Source: Chloroflexota bacterium
Lineage (GTDB): Bacteria; Chloroflexota; Dehalococcoidia; UBA2979
Reading direction: 5' to 3'
Length of the DNA: 64,000 nucleotides
NCBI GenBank assembly: GCA_027593235.1
Contig: JAQCIU010000001.1
Coordinates: 64,001 to 128,000, forward strand
This document shows, one piece after another, positions 1-11,244 of the stretch. Numbering within the stretch: the first letter of the stretch is position 1; each line of letters begins with the position of its first letter. The translations under genes and the position numbers were made by a program. Below the pieces are notes generated by a model. The model did not search any database and was not told the DNA's origin. It worked only from the letters and a program-made list of their open reading frames with translations.

Positions 1-1798
1 TCTCGGTGGCGATCTTGGCGCCGGCGAGGCTGAGGTAGTCAGGCGCCCGGAGCTGCTGGTCGCGGACCATGTTCCACAGCGACTGCCAGATGAGCTGGCG
101 GAGCAGCGGGTCGTCGATGTCCTCAAGGCGTGCACGCACGAAGTCGAGCGACGCATCGTCGAGCGCGGTCTTGGCGAAGCCGTGGTCGTTGTAGTTCGGG
201 AAGACGAAGTCAGGCGTGGCCATGCCGACGGCGTCGGGGACGTCGGCGGTAGCGGCCTCGATGACTGCGGGCAGTGCCTCGATGACGATTGCGCCGCCTT
301 CATCGCGAGCGAGCGCGACCTCGACGGTGTGCGGGCGCAGCGTCGGGTAGTCGGCGGGCGCGGACTGTTCGAGGGTCATGGCGCTGATGCGCTCGCCGTC
401 GGTCTCCCAGGTGGTGGCGATGGTGTTGAGCGAGGCCGTCTCGAGCCAGAGCTGGGCCCAGGCGTGGAGATCGCGTTCGTCGCCAACCGAGCGTGCGCCG
501 GCCTCGAGGGCGTCGAGGAACTGGACCAGCGTGGTGTTGCCGTAGGCGTGGCGCTGGAAGTAGGTGCGCATGCCGTTGCGGAAGCCCTCGAGGCCGATTG
601 TGGCGACGAGCTGCTTGATGACGGCGGCGCCCTTGCCGTAGGTGATGCCGTCGAAGTTCAGGAAGGTCTGGTCCGTATCGGCGACTTCGCCGGCGATCGG
701 GTGCGTCGTGATGAGCTGGTCCTGGCGGTAGGCCCAGTTCTTCATGCCGGCGTTGAAGGTCTGCCACGCGCTGTCGAAGCGGGTGGCGCTGACCAGCGCG
801 AGGTACGACATGTAGGTGGCGAAGCTCTCGTTCAGCCACAGATCGTTCCACCAGCGCATGGTGACGAGGTCGCCGAACCACATGTGCGCCATTTCGTGGA
901 GGATCACCTCGGCGCGGTTGAGGCGCTGGTTCTCGGTCGGCGGGTCGCGGAAGACGAAGACCTCCGCGAAGGTCACGGCGCCGACGTTCTCCATCGCGCC
1001 GGCGTTGAACTCCGGGACGAAGATCTGGTCGTACTTGCCGAAGGGGTAGGGGTAGTCGAAGAACTCGGCGAAGAAGTCGAGGCCCTGCTTCGTGACGTCG
1101 AACAATTCGGCTTCGTCGATATGCGGGACGAGCGACTTGCGGGCGAAGAATCCGAGGTCGATGTCGCCGTGGGTGTCGCGGAAGGCGTGGTACGGACCGC
1201 AGATGAGGGCGAAGAGGTAGGTCGCGAACTGCTGGGTGCGCGCGAAGTCGTGGCGGATACGGCCGTCGGGAAGAGTCTGGCGAGTGGCCTCGGCGCTGTT
1301 GGCGACGACTTCCCATTCGGCGGGAGCGGTGACGCTGACCTGGTAGCTGGCCTTGATGTCCGGCTGATCGAAGCCGGGGAAGAGCCGGTGCGCGCTGTAC
1401 GGCTCGCAGTTGGTGTAGAGGTACTCCTCGCCGTCCTCGGGGTCCTTGAACTGGTGGAAGCCGTCGCCGGTGTGGTCGTACTCGTTCTCGTAAACGACGT
1501 GGACGACGTTGTCGGCGGCGAGCAGTTCCGCAGCGAGGGTGAGGCGGTGCCCGTTCCAGTCCGGGGCGGCGATTGTCTGGCCGTTGACCTGGAGGCTGAC
1601 GATTTCGTCGCCGGTGTGATCGAGGAAGGTGGCGCCGTTGCCGCTGCGGGCGAAGCGGATGGTGCATTCGCCGCGATAGCGGGGGGCGTTGCGGGTGAGA
1701 TCGAGCGAGAGGTCGTAGGCGACGCCGGAGATGGTGGCGGCGCGCGCCTCCGCATCGATCTGCGTCAGGACGTCGCGGGTGGCCGGCTCCGTGGTCAT
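1..1798 (-). CDS. pepN: Aminopeptidase N (M1 family zinc metallopeptidase), 3' end runs off the window
   Basis: Not in ORF track because there is no stop in the window. Minus-strand translation from ATG 1798 gives MTTEPATRDVLTQIDAEARA..., with GAMENVG, HEMAHMWFGD and WLNESFA motifs. Confidence 0.93.
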   Translation of the reverse strand, partial: MTTEPATRDVLTQIDAEARAATISGVAYDLSLDLTRNAPRYRGECTIRFARSGNGATFLDHTGDEIVSLQVNGQTIAAPDWNGHRLTLAAELLAADNVVHVVYENEYDHTGDGFHQFKDPEDGEEYLYTNCEPYSAHRLFPGFDQPDIKASYQVSVTAPAEWEVVANSAEATRQTLPDGRIRHDFARTQQFATYLFALICGPYHAFRDTHGDIDLGFFARKSLVPHIDEAELFDVTKQGLDFFAEFFDYPYPFGKYDQIFVPEFNAGAMENVGAVTFAEVFVFRDPPTENQRLNRAEVILHEMAHMWFGDLVTMRWWNDLWLNESFATYMSYLALVSATRFDSAWQTFNAGMKNWAYRQDQLITTHPIAGEVADTDQTFLNFDGITYGKGAAVIKQLVATIGLEGFRNGMRTYFQRHAYGNTTLVQFLDALEAGARSVGDERDLHAWAQLWLETASLNTIATTWETDGERISAMTLEQSAPADYPTLRPHTVEVALARDEGGAIVIEALPAVIEAATADVPDAVGMATPDFVFPNYNDHGFAKTALDDASLDFVRARLEDIDDPLLRQLIWQSLWNMVRDQQLRAPDYLSLAGAKIATE

Positions 1799-2025
1799 GG
1801 CGGTTCCTTCGATCACTCCCGTGCACGTCAGCGTGAACTACGCATGGTAGTACCGCGTCGCGGTTGCGAGCACGGCGCGTGGAAATGACGAGGCCGCGCC
1901 GACGCGAGAAGGGCGCGATTGCCGCCGGATCGGGCTCGCGTGGGCGCCGCGCGCGGCACGAGGGTCTCGTCAGTCCTGTAGATTACGGGCGATATCAACT
2001 AATCCCGCACATGCGAGGGGGAGCG

Positions 2026-2439
2026 ATGGCTTCAGCAGACGAGATCCGTGGGCGCATTGACGCGGGGCGCGCGGCGCTCAAGGCGGCGCTGGAGGCGGCC
2101 GACGCCTCGAAGTGGGAACAGGTCGGCGCCGGAAACGACGAATGGACACCGCGAAAGATCGCTGAGCACGCGATTGGCGCGGAACGCGGCATCGCGGGCG
2201 GTGTCGCGGGCGCGATGATGGGCAAAGCACCGGAACGCCTGGAGCTGGCGCTGACGACGCCGGCCGAGGCGATGGCGGCGCTGGAAGCCGCCGTGGCCGA
2301 CGTGAACAAGGTGATCCGCTACGTGGAGGACCGCGACCTGGAGAAGAAGGTGGGGGAGAGCTCCACGATCCAGGGGATGATGGAGATCCTGGCGTCTCAC
2401 GCGGCCGATCACGCGAACGAGATCACGGCTTCGGCCTAA
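2026..2439 (+). CDS. DinB/YfiT-like four-helix protein
   Basis: ATG 2026 after GGGGGAG; WTPRKIAEH and C-terminal H-x3-H (HAADH) pattern typical of DinB-like proteins. Confidence 0.7.
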   Translation: MASADEIRGRIDAGRAALKAALEAADASKWEQVGAGNDEWTPRKIAEHAIGAERGIAGGVAGAMMGKAPERLELALTTPAEAMAALEAAVADVNKVIRYVEDRDLEKKVGESSTIQGMMEILASHAADHANEITASA

Positions 2440-2703
2440 CAACCCGCCGCGTCCGGTAGCGCTGCGTGCCGCCTCGTGGGGGGTGGTGCGCGGCTGCTGC
2501 GGTCCGTGGCGCGCATCGCGTCTTGCCGGCCACGTTTCGAGGAGCCGCCTTGAGACGCTCGGCTGCGGGCATCCAGGACATCATCGTCCGAGCGGGTGCT
2601 CCAACCCCGGGCTCCCCGCGAGCTGTGGGGGTCCACGGCACCTGCCATCGGTCTCTGCTCTCGGGCGCGCAGTCCGTTGCAGGGTCATGCGTGCGGTGCG
2701 TGG

Positions 2704-3453
2704 CTACTCGTCGGTCGAGGGGGGCGCGGACGGGCGTGTCCCCGCGCGGGGAGGTGTGCCCCGCTGCGGGCGGAAGCGGATGCCGGCGACCGCGATCAGC
2801 GCGGCGGCAAGGCCGAACCATGTGAGCGCGTATTCCATGTGCGGGGTCGTGTTGGCGAAAGCGGCGTAGCGCTGGACCGGGAGGATCCCGTCCGGCGTGG
2901 CGTCCCAGGCGGTCCGTTGGCCCTCGATCACGATCCAGGGGAGGACGTCGTAGGGGAGGGTGACGCCCATCGCGATGGGGTCGATGCCGGTCCAGGTGCC
3001 GGCGGCGGTCTGATGCGCGGATCGGGTGTGCACGCTGATCAAGCCGTCGATGATGGCCGGCCGCGCGGCGAGCGCGGCTTCGGCGGCGGCACGTTGGCCG
3101 TCCGGGTACCAGCCGCGATTGACGAGGATGGCGGGGCCGCCGGGGGCGATCAGCAGCGGGACCACCAGCTCCTCGCCCTTCGTATCGAAGCGCGCGCGGT
3201 TCGCGAGGACGAAGGATCGATCGGTGTCCCAGGCGGCGGCGTCGCCGAGGCGGCGGTAGTCGAGCTGGTCGAGGTCGAGGGCGCGCGCGTCCTCGATGGA
3301 GAGCGCGGCGTCGTCGGTGCGGGCGTTGCGTTCGGCGACGAGGCCCTGCTTCCAGTCGTTGCGCTGGAGTTGCCATACGCCAAGGCCGAGCAGCAAGACG
3401 ATGACGGCGCCGATCAAGGCGAGCAATACGGGCGCGGGCAGGCGCAGCGTCAT
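2704..3453 (-). CDS. SURF1 family protein (heme-copper oxidase assembly)
   Basis: LGVWQLQR..WK, ILVNRGW and HMEYALTWF motifs; two TM segments. Confidence 0.92.
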   Translation of the reverse strand: MTLRLPAPVLLALIGAVIVLLLGLGVWQLQRNDWKQGLVAERNARTDDAALSIEDARALDLDQLDYRRLGDAAAWDTDRSFVLANRARFDTKGEELVVPLLIAPGGPAILVNRGWYPDGQRAAAEAALAARPAIIDGLISVHTRSAHQTAAGTWTGIDPIAMGVTLPYDVLPWIVIEGQRTAWDATPDGILPVQRYAAFANTTPHMEYALTWFGLAAALIAVAGIRFRPQRGTPPRAGTRPSAPPSTDE

Positions 3454-3633
3454 CGGTGTCTGGACCTCACTCGCGGCGGTAGTGTCTCAGTCTGGTGTTC
3501 GCGCGGGGCGGCAGCAAGCGAGGATGCGAGCGGGGAGCAAGCGGGCCGGTCGAGACCGTCCGCATCGGCACAACCAGACGGGGTTGGTAGGGTGCGGGGG
3601 TAGGCCGGAACCTGTCGCGTGGCGTCGGATCCG

Positions 3634-3650
3634 TGAAACACTGCTGAAAC
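3634..3650 (+). promoter_or_regulatory. Putative GlnR-like (OmpR-type) direct-repeat box upstream of glnII
   Basis: tGAAAC-N5-tGAAAC (GAAAC at 3635-3639 and 3646-3650, 11-bp period), resembling the actinobacterial GlnR box gTnAc-n6-GaAAc. Confidence 0.4.
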
Positions 3651-3811
3651 GATCGCACCATACGCTCGCGCCTGCCGATATCTTCGCGGGCAGCGAAGCG
3701 GCGGTTGTTCCGGGATGCTCGGGACAACCCTCGATGGATCGGATCGTGATCGAGTCAGGTTGATCGCCGCGCTCCGGCGCGGTTCGTTTCGAGTTCGCAG
3801 GAGGGGTGCGC

Positions 3812-4834
3812 ATGCCATACCGGGCTGAATACATCTGGATCGACGGGACCGTGCCGACGGTTGAATCGGGCTTCGTCGGACCGCTCGTTCGGTCAAAGAC
3901 GAAGGTGCTGGCAGACGGCGAGGAGCCGGGTATCTGGGGCTTTGATGGTTCAAGCACGAACCAGGCACCAGGTGCGAACTCCGACTGCGTGCTGAACCCC
4001 GTGTACGCCTGCCCGGATCCAGTCCGCGGCGGAGACGACGTGCTGGTGCTGTGCGAGGTGCTGCTGCCAGACATGACGCCACACCCGACGAACACGCGTC
4101 GCGGTTGCGTGGCGGTGGCGGAGAAGTACGCCCACCACGAGTCGTGGTTCGGCATCGAACAGGAATACACCTTCTTTAAGGACGGCCGACCGCTTGGCTG
4201 GCCGGCCGCCGGCTACCCCGGTCCGCAGGGTCCGTACTACTGCGGCGTGGGCGCAGACGAGATCTGGGGTCGCGACGTTGTCGAGGCGCACACGACCGCT
4301 TGCATGGAGGCCGGGATTCAGATCGCCGGCACCAACGCCGAGGTGATGATGGGGCAGTGGGAGTTCCAGATTGGGCCAGTCGGCCCGGTCGAGGTCTCCG
4401 ATCAGCTCTGGGTCGCCCGCTGGCTGCTGTACCGCGTCGCCGAAGAGTTCGACATTGTCGCGACGCTGAACCCAAAGCCGATCCCAGGCGACTGGAACGG
4501 CGCAGGCGCGCACACGAACTTCTCGACGAAGTCGATGCGCGAGTCGTACGAGCCGATCGTGATCGGCGCGGAAGCGCTGGGTAAGAAGCACGATCTGCAC
4601 ATCACGAACTACGGCGCTGGTATCGATCAGCGGCTGACCGGTATGCACGAGACCGCTCCGTGGACGGAGTACAGCTACGGCGTCTCCGACCGCGGCGCCT
4701 CGGTCCGCATCCCGTGGCAGACGGCTCGCGATAAGAAGGGCTACCTCGAGGATCGTCGCCCGAACGCGAACATGGATCCGTACACGGTCACCCGACTGGT
4801 CACGGACACGATCTGCGAAGCCCTCGACGCCTAA
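3812..4834 (+). CDS. glnII: Glutamine synthetase type II (GSII)
   Basis: AEYIWIDG, WGFDGSSTNQA, WFGIEQEY, QGPYYCGVG, NAEVMMGQWEFQIGP, GDWNGAGAHTNFST and YLEDRRPNAN motifs; about 340 aa; AGGAGG RBS. Confidence 0.95.
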   Translation: MPYRAEYIWIDGTVPTVESGFVGPLVRSKTKVLADGEEPGIWGFDGSSTNQAPGANSDCVLNPVYACPDPVRGGDDVLVLCEVLLPDMTPHPTNTRRGCVAVAEKYAHHESWFGIEQEYTFFKDGRPLGWPAAGYPGPQGPYYCGVGADEIWGRDVVEAHTTACMEAGIQIAGTNAEVMMGQWEFQIGPVGPVEVSDQLWVARWLLYRVAEEFDIVATLNPKPIPGDWNGAGAHTNFSTKSMRESYEPIVIGAEALGKKHDLHITNYGAGIDQRLTGMHETAPWTEYSYGVSDRGASVRIPWQTARDKKGYLEDRRPNANMDPYTVTRLVTDTICEALDA

Positions 4835-4875
4835 CCCCCTTCGGGGGGTGACGACGCTTCGCGCCTCGTTGGCGT
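4834..4875 (+). repeat. REP-like element copy 1 (cUUCGg hairpin + GACGACGCTTCGCGCC) directly after the glnII stop
   Basis: ACCCCC-TTCG-GGGGGT followed by GACGACGCTTCGCGCCTCGTTGGCGT; inverted copy at 5281-5321. Confidence 0.7.
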
Positions 4876-4896
4876 GGGGTTGCGGTAGGAACACTG

Positions 4897-4928
4897 AGGC
4901 GGGGCCGCAAGGCCCCGCCTTTCTTTTC
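4897..4928 (+). terminator. Rho-independent terminator of glnII
   Basis: AGGCGGGGCC-GCAA-GGCCCCGCCT followed by TTCTTTT. Confidence 0.85.
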
Positions 4929-5280
4929 GCCCTTCGCGGGATCGGTGTTCAGCCGCTGGAGCGGAGGCACGGCTGTGGGGCGGGCACCCGCCCTCTGTCC
5001 GCTCCAGCCCCCAGCCCCCAGCCGCGCTTCGCGGTCGCGTTCTGAGCGACGCCTAGGCCACGTTCCGTTCTTTTCGGCCCTGCCTCCCGCCGCCGCGACG
5101 GGTGTCGTAGTCGCGCCAGTTGCGGCGCAGAGCAGTCGCGCCCTGCGTCGCAGCGCACAGCGTGGCAGCGCCCACTGAGCGGGTGAGTGGCAGCGCCCAC
5201 TGTGCGGGTGCGCGGCCCTCGAGGGGTGGGCCGCGGCGACCGAGGGCGTCCCGATCCGGACACCCTCGGTCGTTGGTTCA

Positions 5281-5321
5281 ACGGCAACGGGCGCGAAGCG
5301 TCGTCGAGCCCCGAAGGGGCT
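5281..5321 (-). repeat. REP-like element copy 2 directly after the enoyl-CoA hydratase stop
   Basis: Minus strand TAG-CCCCTTCGGGGCTC-GACGACGCTTCGCGCCCGTTGCCGT, near-identical to 4834-4875. Confidence 0.7.
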
Positions 5322-6255
5322 AGTACTCCTTGCGGTTGGGTTCGGTGGTGGGGGCTTCGGTGCCGGCGACGGCGCGGTCCTTGGGGGCCGAGTCGTAGGC
5401 GCCTCGGAAGTCGCGGAAGGGGCCGTCCCGCCATTCGAGGGCGCCTTTGAGGCCGTCTTCCTGGACGCGGCGTCCCCACTCGGCGGCGGCGGGGCGGAGC
5501 GCGCTGAGCGCCTGGATCTCCGTGCCGGAGGCGATCCCGTGGCGGATGCCCATGCTTTCGTACTGCCGGTTCACGGCGCGCTTGGAGTACATCAGCATAT
5601 CGTTGTCGATGTGCGCCATGCGTCGGGCGAACTGCTCCGTGAATTCGTCCAGTTGGTCGCGCGGGACTGCGTAGTTGGCCCAGCCGAGGCGTGCCATCTC
5701 GGTACCGGAGACCGAATCTCCGACATAGGCGAACTCTCGAGCCTTGGCCGGGGGGAGGTGCCAGGGCGCCCACATCATGTCCATGGTGGTCATGGCGCGG
5801 ACGGGCGGGTACCCGATCAGGGCGTCGTCCGCGACGATGCGGAAATCACAGATCGTGGCGAGTTCGGTACCGCCAGCCAGGCAGTGGCCGTGAACCTGGG
5901 CGACGACCGGCTTCGCGAGTTCCCAGATGGTCCAGTTGGTCATGACCACGTGACGCGACCAGGTCTGGGGGCCGGGGTGGGTAGTGCCGGTTTCGGGCAG
6001 GTGCGATCGCGGGTTGACCATGTCGTTCTCGCCGGCGGCGCGGGATGGGGAGAGGTCGTAGCCGGCGGAGAAGGATCGACCGGCGGCTTTGAGGACGATG
6101 ACGCCGACATCGGGGTCGTGCTCTGCTTCGCGCATCGCGTCCATGACTTCGCCGCGGAGGTTATTGCTCAGGGCGTTCAGTTTTTCGGGGCGGTTCAGCG
6201 TGATGAAGGCGAGGCGGCCATCGGTTTCGTAGATGATGTCGCGGTAGTCGGGCAT
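5320..6255 (-). CDS. Enoyl-CoA hydratase/isomerase (crotonase) family protein
   Basis: ITLNRPEKLNAL, FSAGYDL and KPVVAQVHGHCLAGGTEL motifs; ATG 6255 after GAGGAG. Confidence 0.92.
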   Translation of the reverse strand: MPDYRDIIYETDGRLAFITLNRPEKLNALSNNLRGEVMDAMREAEHDPDVGVIVLKAAGRSFSAGYDLSPSRAAGENDMVNPRSHLPETGTTHPGPQTWSRHVVMTNWTIWELAKPVVAQVHGHCLAGGTELATICDFRIVADDALIGYPPVRAMTTMDMMWAPWHLPPAKAREFAYVGDSVSGTEMARLGWANYAVPRDQLDEFTEQFARRMAHIDNDMLMYSKRAVNRQYESMGIRHGIASGTEIQALSALRPAAAEWGRRVQEDGLKGALEWRDGPFRDFRGAYDSAPKDRAVAGTEAPTTEPNRKEY

Positions 6256-6469
6256 CTCAGAATCTCCTCGGTGCTGTGCGCGCAGTCGGTGGGCGGGCAC
6301 TCGGCAGATATATAACACTCGCGTGGTTGGCGTCCGACCGCGGCCCGCCCGTATCCCTGACGAGCAGGCGGCCCCCGCACTCCCCGCTCGATGGTTCCTG
6401 TCCTGAGGCGCGCTCCCCGAGCGACGGCAGTTCGGCCTCGGGCGGTTCGACGGGCCTCGGAGGATTGGC

Positions 6470-6506
6470 TAACTGAGGCGAAGCACCATCAAGCCCCGAA
6501 GGGGCA
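6470..6506 (-). repeat. REP-like element copy 3 (degenerate)
   Basis: Minus strand after the TAG at 6507: TGCCCCTTCGGGGCTTGATGGTGCTTCGCCTC. Confidence 0.5.
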
Positions 6507-7751
6507 CTAGCCGATCACCAGGGGAACGGTCATTTCGCGGTGGGAGAGACCGGAGTGGTGGGATCGCTGCTCCATGAAGTGCTCGCCATCGGCGCCGCCA
6601 GTGTAGCGCATCACGGAGTCATCGAGGGCGAGCGAGGTGAGGTCGCCGACGCGGCGCCGGGTTTCGTCGGCGAGTGGGTCCGGGCCAAGCAGCCGGAGAT
6701 CCTCGAGATCCTGCGTGGAGATGAGAGCGAAGTGATCGCCGAAGCGCGACTCGAAGGCGCGGATGAAGGCGTCGTGCGCACCTTCGCGGAGGTGGTAGAA
6801 GCCGAGGCGCATGTCGCCGGAGGGCGGCGTGGTCAGGAAATCGATGAGCGGATCGTCGCCGGCGATCGGGAAGCGGGCGCCGGCGTCGCGGTGGCCGTGA
6901 TCGGCGGTGAGGACGATGCGGGCATTGAGGCCGGAGAGGGTGGTCGCGAGTTCCGCGAGGCTTTCATCGATGTCGGCGAGGGCGTCGCGGGCCTCGTCCG
7001 ATTCGGCGCCGTGCTCATGCGATTCGTGATCGAAGGCGGAGGTGTACCAGTAGGTGAAGGTGGGGCGGGAGGCGCCACCGATGCGTTCGGCGATGAGGTC
7101 GGCTGCCTGACGGTGGGTGCGGTACGCGAGGGTGGCGGCGCCGGCGCCGAACCAGGTGGAATAGGCGGAGTTGATGATCGCCCGTGGCTGGGAGACGGCG
7201 GCATCGGCGGTCATCCGACCGATCAGCGGCGTGCCGCGAAAGACCTCGGTGGGATCGACGCCGCAGTCGAGGAGCGCCGCGCCGTCTCCGAGGCGGATGA
7301 ATGGGAGCACGCACGCGGTCTCGCGGAGTTGTGGCAGGTAGGTCCACCAGCCGACGGCGCCGTGTTCGGCCGGCCAGAGGCCGGTCGCCATCGAGGTGAT
7401 GGCGGCGGCGGTGGTGGAGGGAAAGACGCTCTGGAGGTCACAGGCGAACTGGCGGCGCAGCCAGGAGTGGCGCGGCAGGTCGTCGAAAGCGTGGGTGCCG
7501 AGGCCGTCGACGAGGACGAAGACGATGTGCGAGGGCTGGCCGATCTGGTTGCTGATCGCCTTTGCGTTCGGCGAGAGATCGAGATCCGGGACGCCGCTGA
7601 GGGCCCCGACGGCGCGCACGAGATCGATGACGTTGGGTTGGGATGCGTCAGGGCGGCAGAGTGCATCAGCCTCGAATGCCGCGAGTAACCGGTCAACGTC
7701 GCCCATCGCGTCCGCCCTCGTTGGCGCCGACCGTAACCGATTGGTGGGCAT
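6507..7751 (-). CDS. Alkaline phosphatase superfamily / type I phosphodiesterase-nucleotide pyrophosphatase
   Basis: VLVDGLG, SVFPSTT, D-HESH, LTADHGH and HHSGLS..EM motifs; start uncertain (7760/7751/7706). Confidence 0.85.
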   Translation of the reverse strand: MPTNRLRSAPTRADAMGDVDRLLAAFEADALCRPDASQPNVIDLVRAVGALSGVPDLDLSPNAKAISNQIGQPSHIVFVLVDGLGTHAFDDLPRHSWLRRQFACDLQSVFPSTTAAAITSMATGLWPAEHGAVGWWTYLPQLRETACVLPFIRLGDGAALLDCGVDPTEVFRGTPLIGRMTADAAVSQPRAIINSAYSTWFGAGAATLAYRTHRQAADLIAERIGGASRPTFTYWYTSAFDHESHEHGAESDEARDALADIDESLAELATTLSGLNARIVLTADHGHRDAGARFPIAGDDPLIDFLTTPPSGDMRLGFYHLREGAHDAFIRAFESRFGDHFALISTQDLEDLRLLGPDPLADETRRRVGDLTSLALDDSVMRYTGGADGEHFMEQRSHHSGLSHREMTVPLVIG

Positions 7752-7829
7752 GGTCACCACTGCGGCGGCGGGCGGTGTGCTCCGCGAGGGGTGCCGAGCG
7801 GGCGAGCGCTGGGACCGAGCTGGCGCGTG

Positions 7830-9977
<2,148 letters not shown>

Positions 9978-10022
9978 GCGCGCAGTCCTCGGGGTGTTCG
10001 GATTCGCCTCGGGATCACCGTA

Positions 10023-10676
10023 TCACTGTGGGGGGCGTCGCTTGCCGGTGCGCCGCTGGTGGCGGCGGGTCCCGGAGCGGCTTGGGCCTCGATCGGAGGT
10101 CTCGGCAACGGGCGGACCGGAGCCGTGAACGATAGTGCGGTGGGTGCGGAAACGGCGATCGTCACCGGGTGCGTCGCGTCCAATGACCGTGAAGTTACCC
10201 CAGCGGTCGAGGAGGATGTCTTCGGTAGGTGCTTCGCGGATCGCGGGGTCGATGGCGATTCGCATCTCCGCGAGATCTACCGTGAGCCAGCCGGTTACCC
10301 CGTCGAGCGGGAGGAGTGCATCGAAGTCAAGATCCTCGCGATAGCCGGCGCGTGGCTGTGTCGAGAGGTCGACGGAGAACTGGTACGGGCCCCAGTGGCG
10401 CGACGGCTGACGGTCACCGAGAAACCAAATCACGCCCTCGAGGCGCGTTGGGTCCGTGTCGAACAGGTAGGCGGACAGGCCGATGCCGTCCTCGGATAAG
10501 CCGACTAGCTCGTCGCGACCGGAGTGCGCGACCTCCACACTGATGCGCCGTCCGAGTCCGAAGCAGAAGCGCTCTTCATCCACGCCTTGGAGGGTAGCGT
10601 CTGGGGTGAGGAACTGGTGAGGTGGCCGCGCCACGCCGAGTTGAAACCCCAGCGGTCGCCCGGTTCCAGTGAGCAC
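10023..10676 (-). CDS. Hypothetical protein in lower-GC islet
   Basis: 217-aa ORF with globular-looking composition, preceded by an AT-rich spacer (10730-10800); no family recognised. Confidence 0.5.
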   Translation of the reverse strand: MLTGTGRPLGFQLGVARPPHQFLTPDATLQGVDEERFCFGLGRRISVEVAHSGRDELVGLSEDGIGLSAYLFDTDPTRLEGVIWFLGDRQPSRHWGPYQFSVDLSTQPRAGYREDLDFDALLPLDGVTGWLTVDLAEMRIAIDPAIREAPTEDILLDRWGNFTVIGRDAPGDDRRFRTHRTIVHGSGPPVAETSDRGPSRSGTRRHQRRTGKRRPPQ

Positions 10677-10797
10677 CTCGAGGCTGCCGGGACGGGGGCT
10701 GCGGCAATCCTCGACCCGATGCCTCTAGCCAGAAGCCAAATACTTGTCGACAGTCTATCGTTAGATAAACGATCGATTGGAGACAGTAATGAGTGTG

Positions 10798-11133
10798 TTA
10801 CCGCCGGGCCTCGTCGTGGCCCTCGTCGCTCTGGTGGTCGCCTGGATCTGCGTTCCCATTGGCTGGCACGACCGCGATCTCGACGAGATGTCTGAACGAC
10901 TCGCCGGGGAACTGTTCGACGATTAGGCCACAGTGGTCCCGGTAACGCCGGAGATCTTCTTCGGCTAGGGAACCCAGGCCCACGATGCACCCCGCCAGGC
11001 GAGTGTTGCCGTCGCCAGCAGAACAGGCGCAGTCGCCGTCGAGGATCGCAGCGTTCCCGGAGCACGCGGCTGCCTGTGGCGTTGTCGGCCATCCCGAGGA
11101 CTCATACCCGACCGGTTCACTGAATACCGCCAC
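10798..11133 (-). CDS. Hypothetical protein or 5'-truncated gene fragment
   Basis: 111-aa ORF; the frame stays open upstream (to at least 11250) with no canonical start codon. Confidence 0.3.
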   Translation of the reverse strand: MAVFSEPVGYESSGWPTTPQAAACSGNAAILDGDCACSAGDGNTRLAGCIVGLGSLAEEDLRRYRDHCGLIVEQFPGESFRHLVEIAVVPANGNADPGDHQSDEGHDEARR

Positions 11134-11244
11134 GCCCTTGAGTCCGTCAGGATCGTTGCCGACGACCCGACCGTCGGTGGCGCGGCTGTTGAGTACGGTT
11201 GAGGCGGCGTTTGGCGCGGTGCGGATCGAGCGATGGGTGGCTAG

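Noticed and set aside
182-1888. 568-aa plus-strand ORF and many other long antisense or alternate-frame ORFs (e.g. 8523-10499, 24106-25422, 27109-28623, 28385-30148, 61488-63107)
   Set aside because: Shadow ORFs typical of high-GC DNA; they overlap motif-bearing genes on the opposite strand or in another frame.
2440-2703. 260-bp spacer between convergent genes as a candidate ncRNA
   Set aside because: No recognisable RNA family motif, strong stem pattern or repeat match seen.
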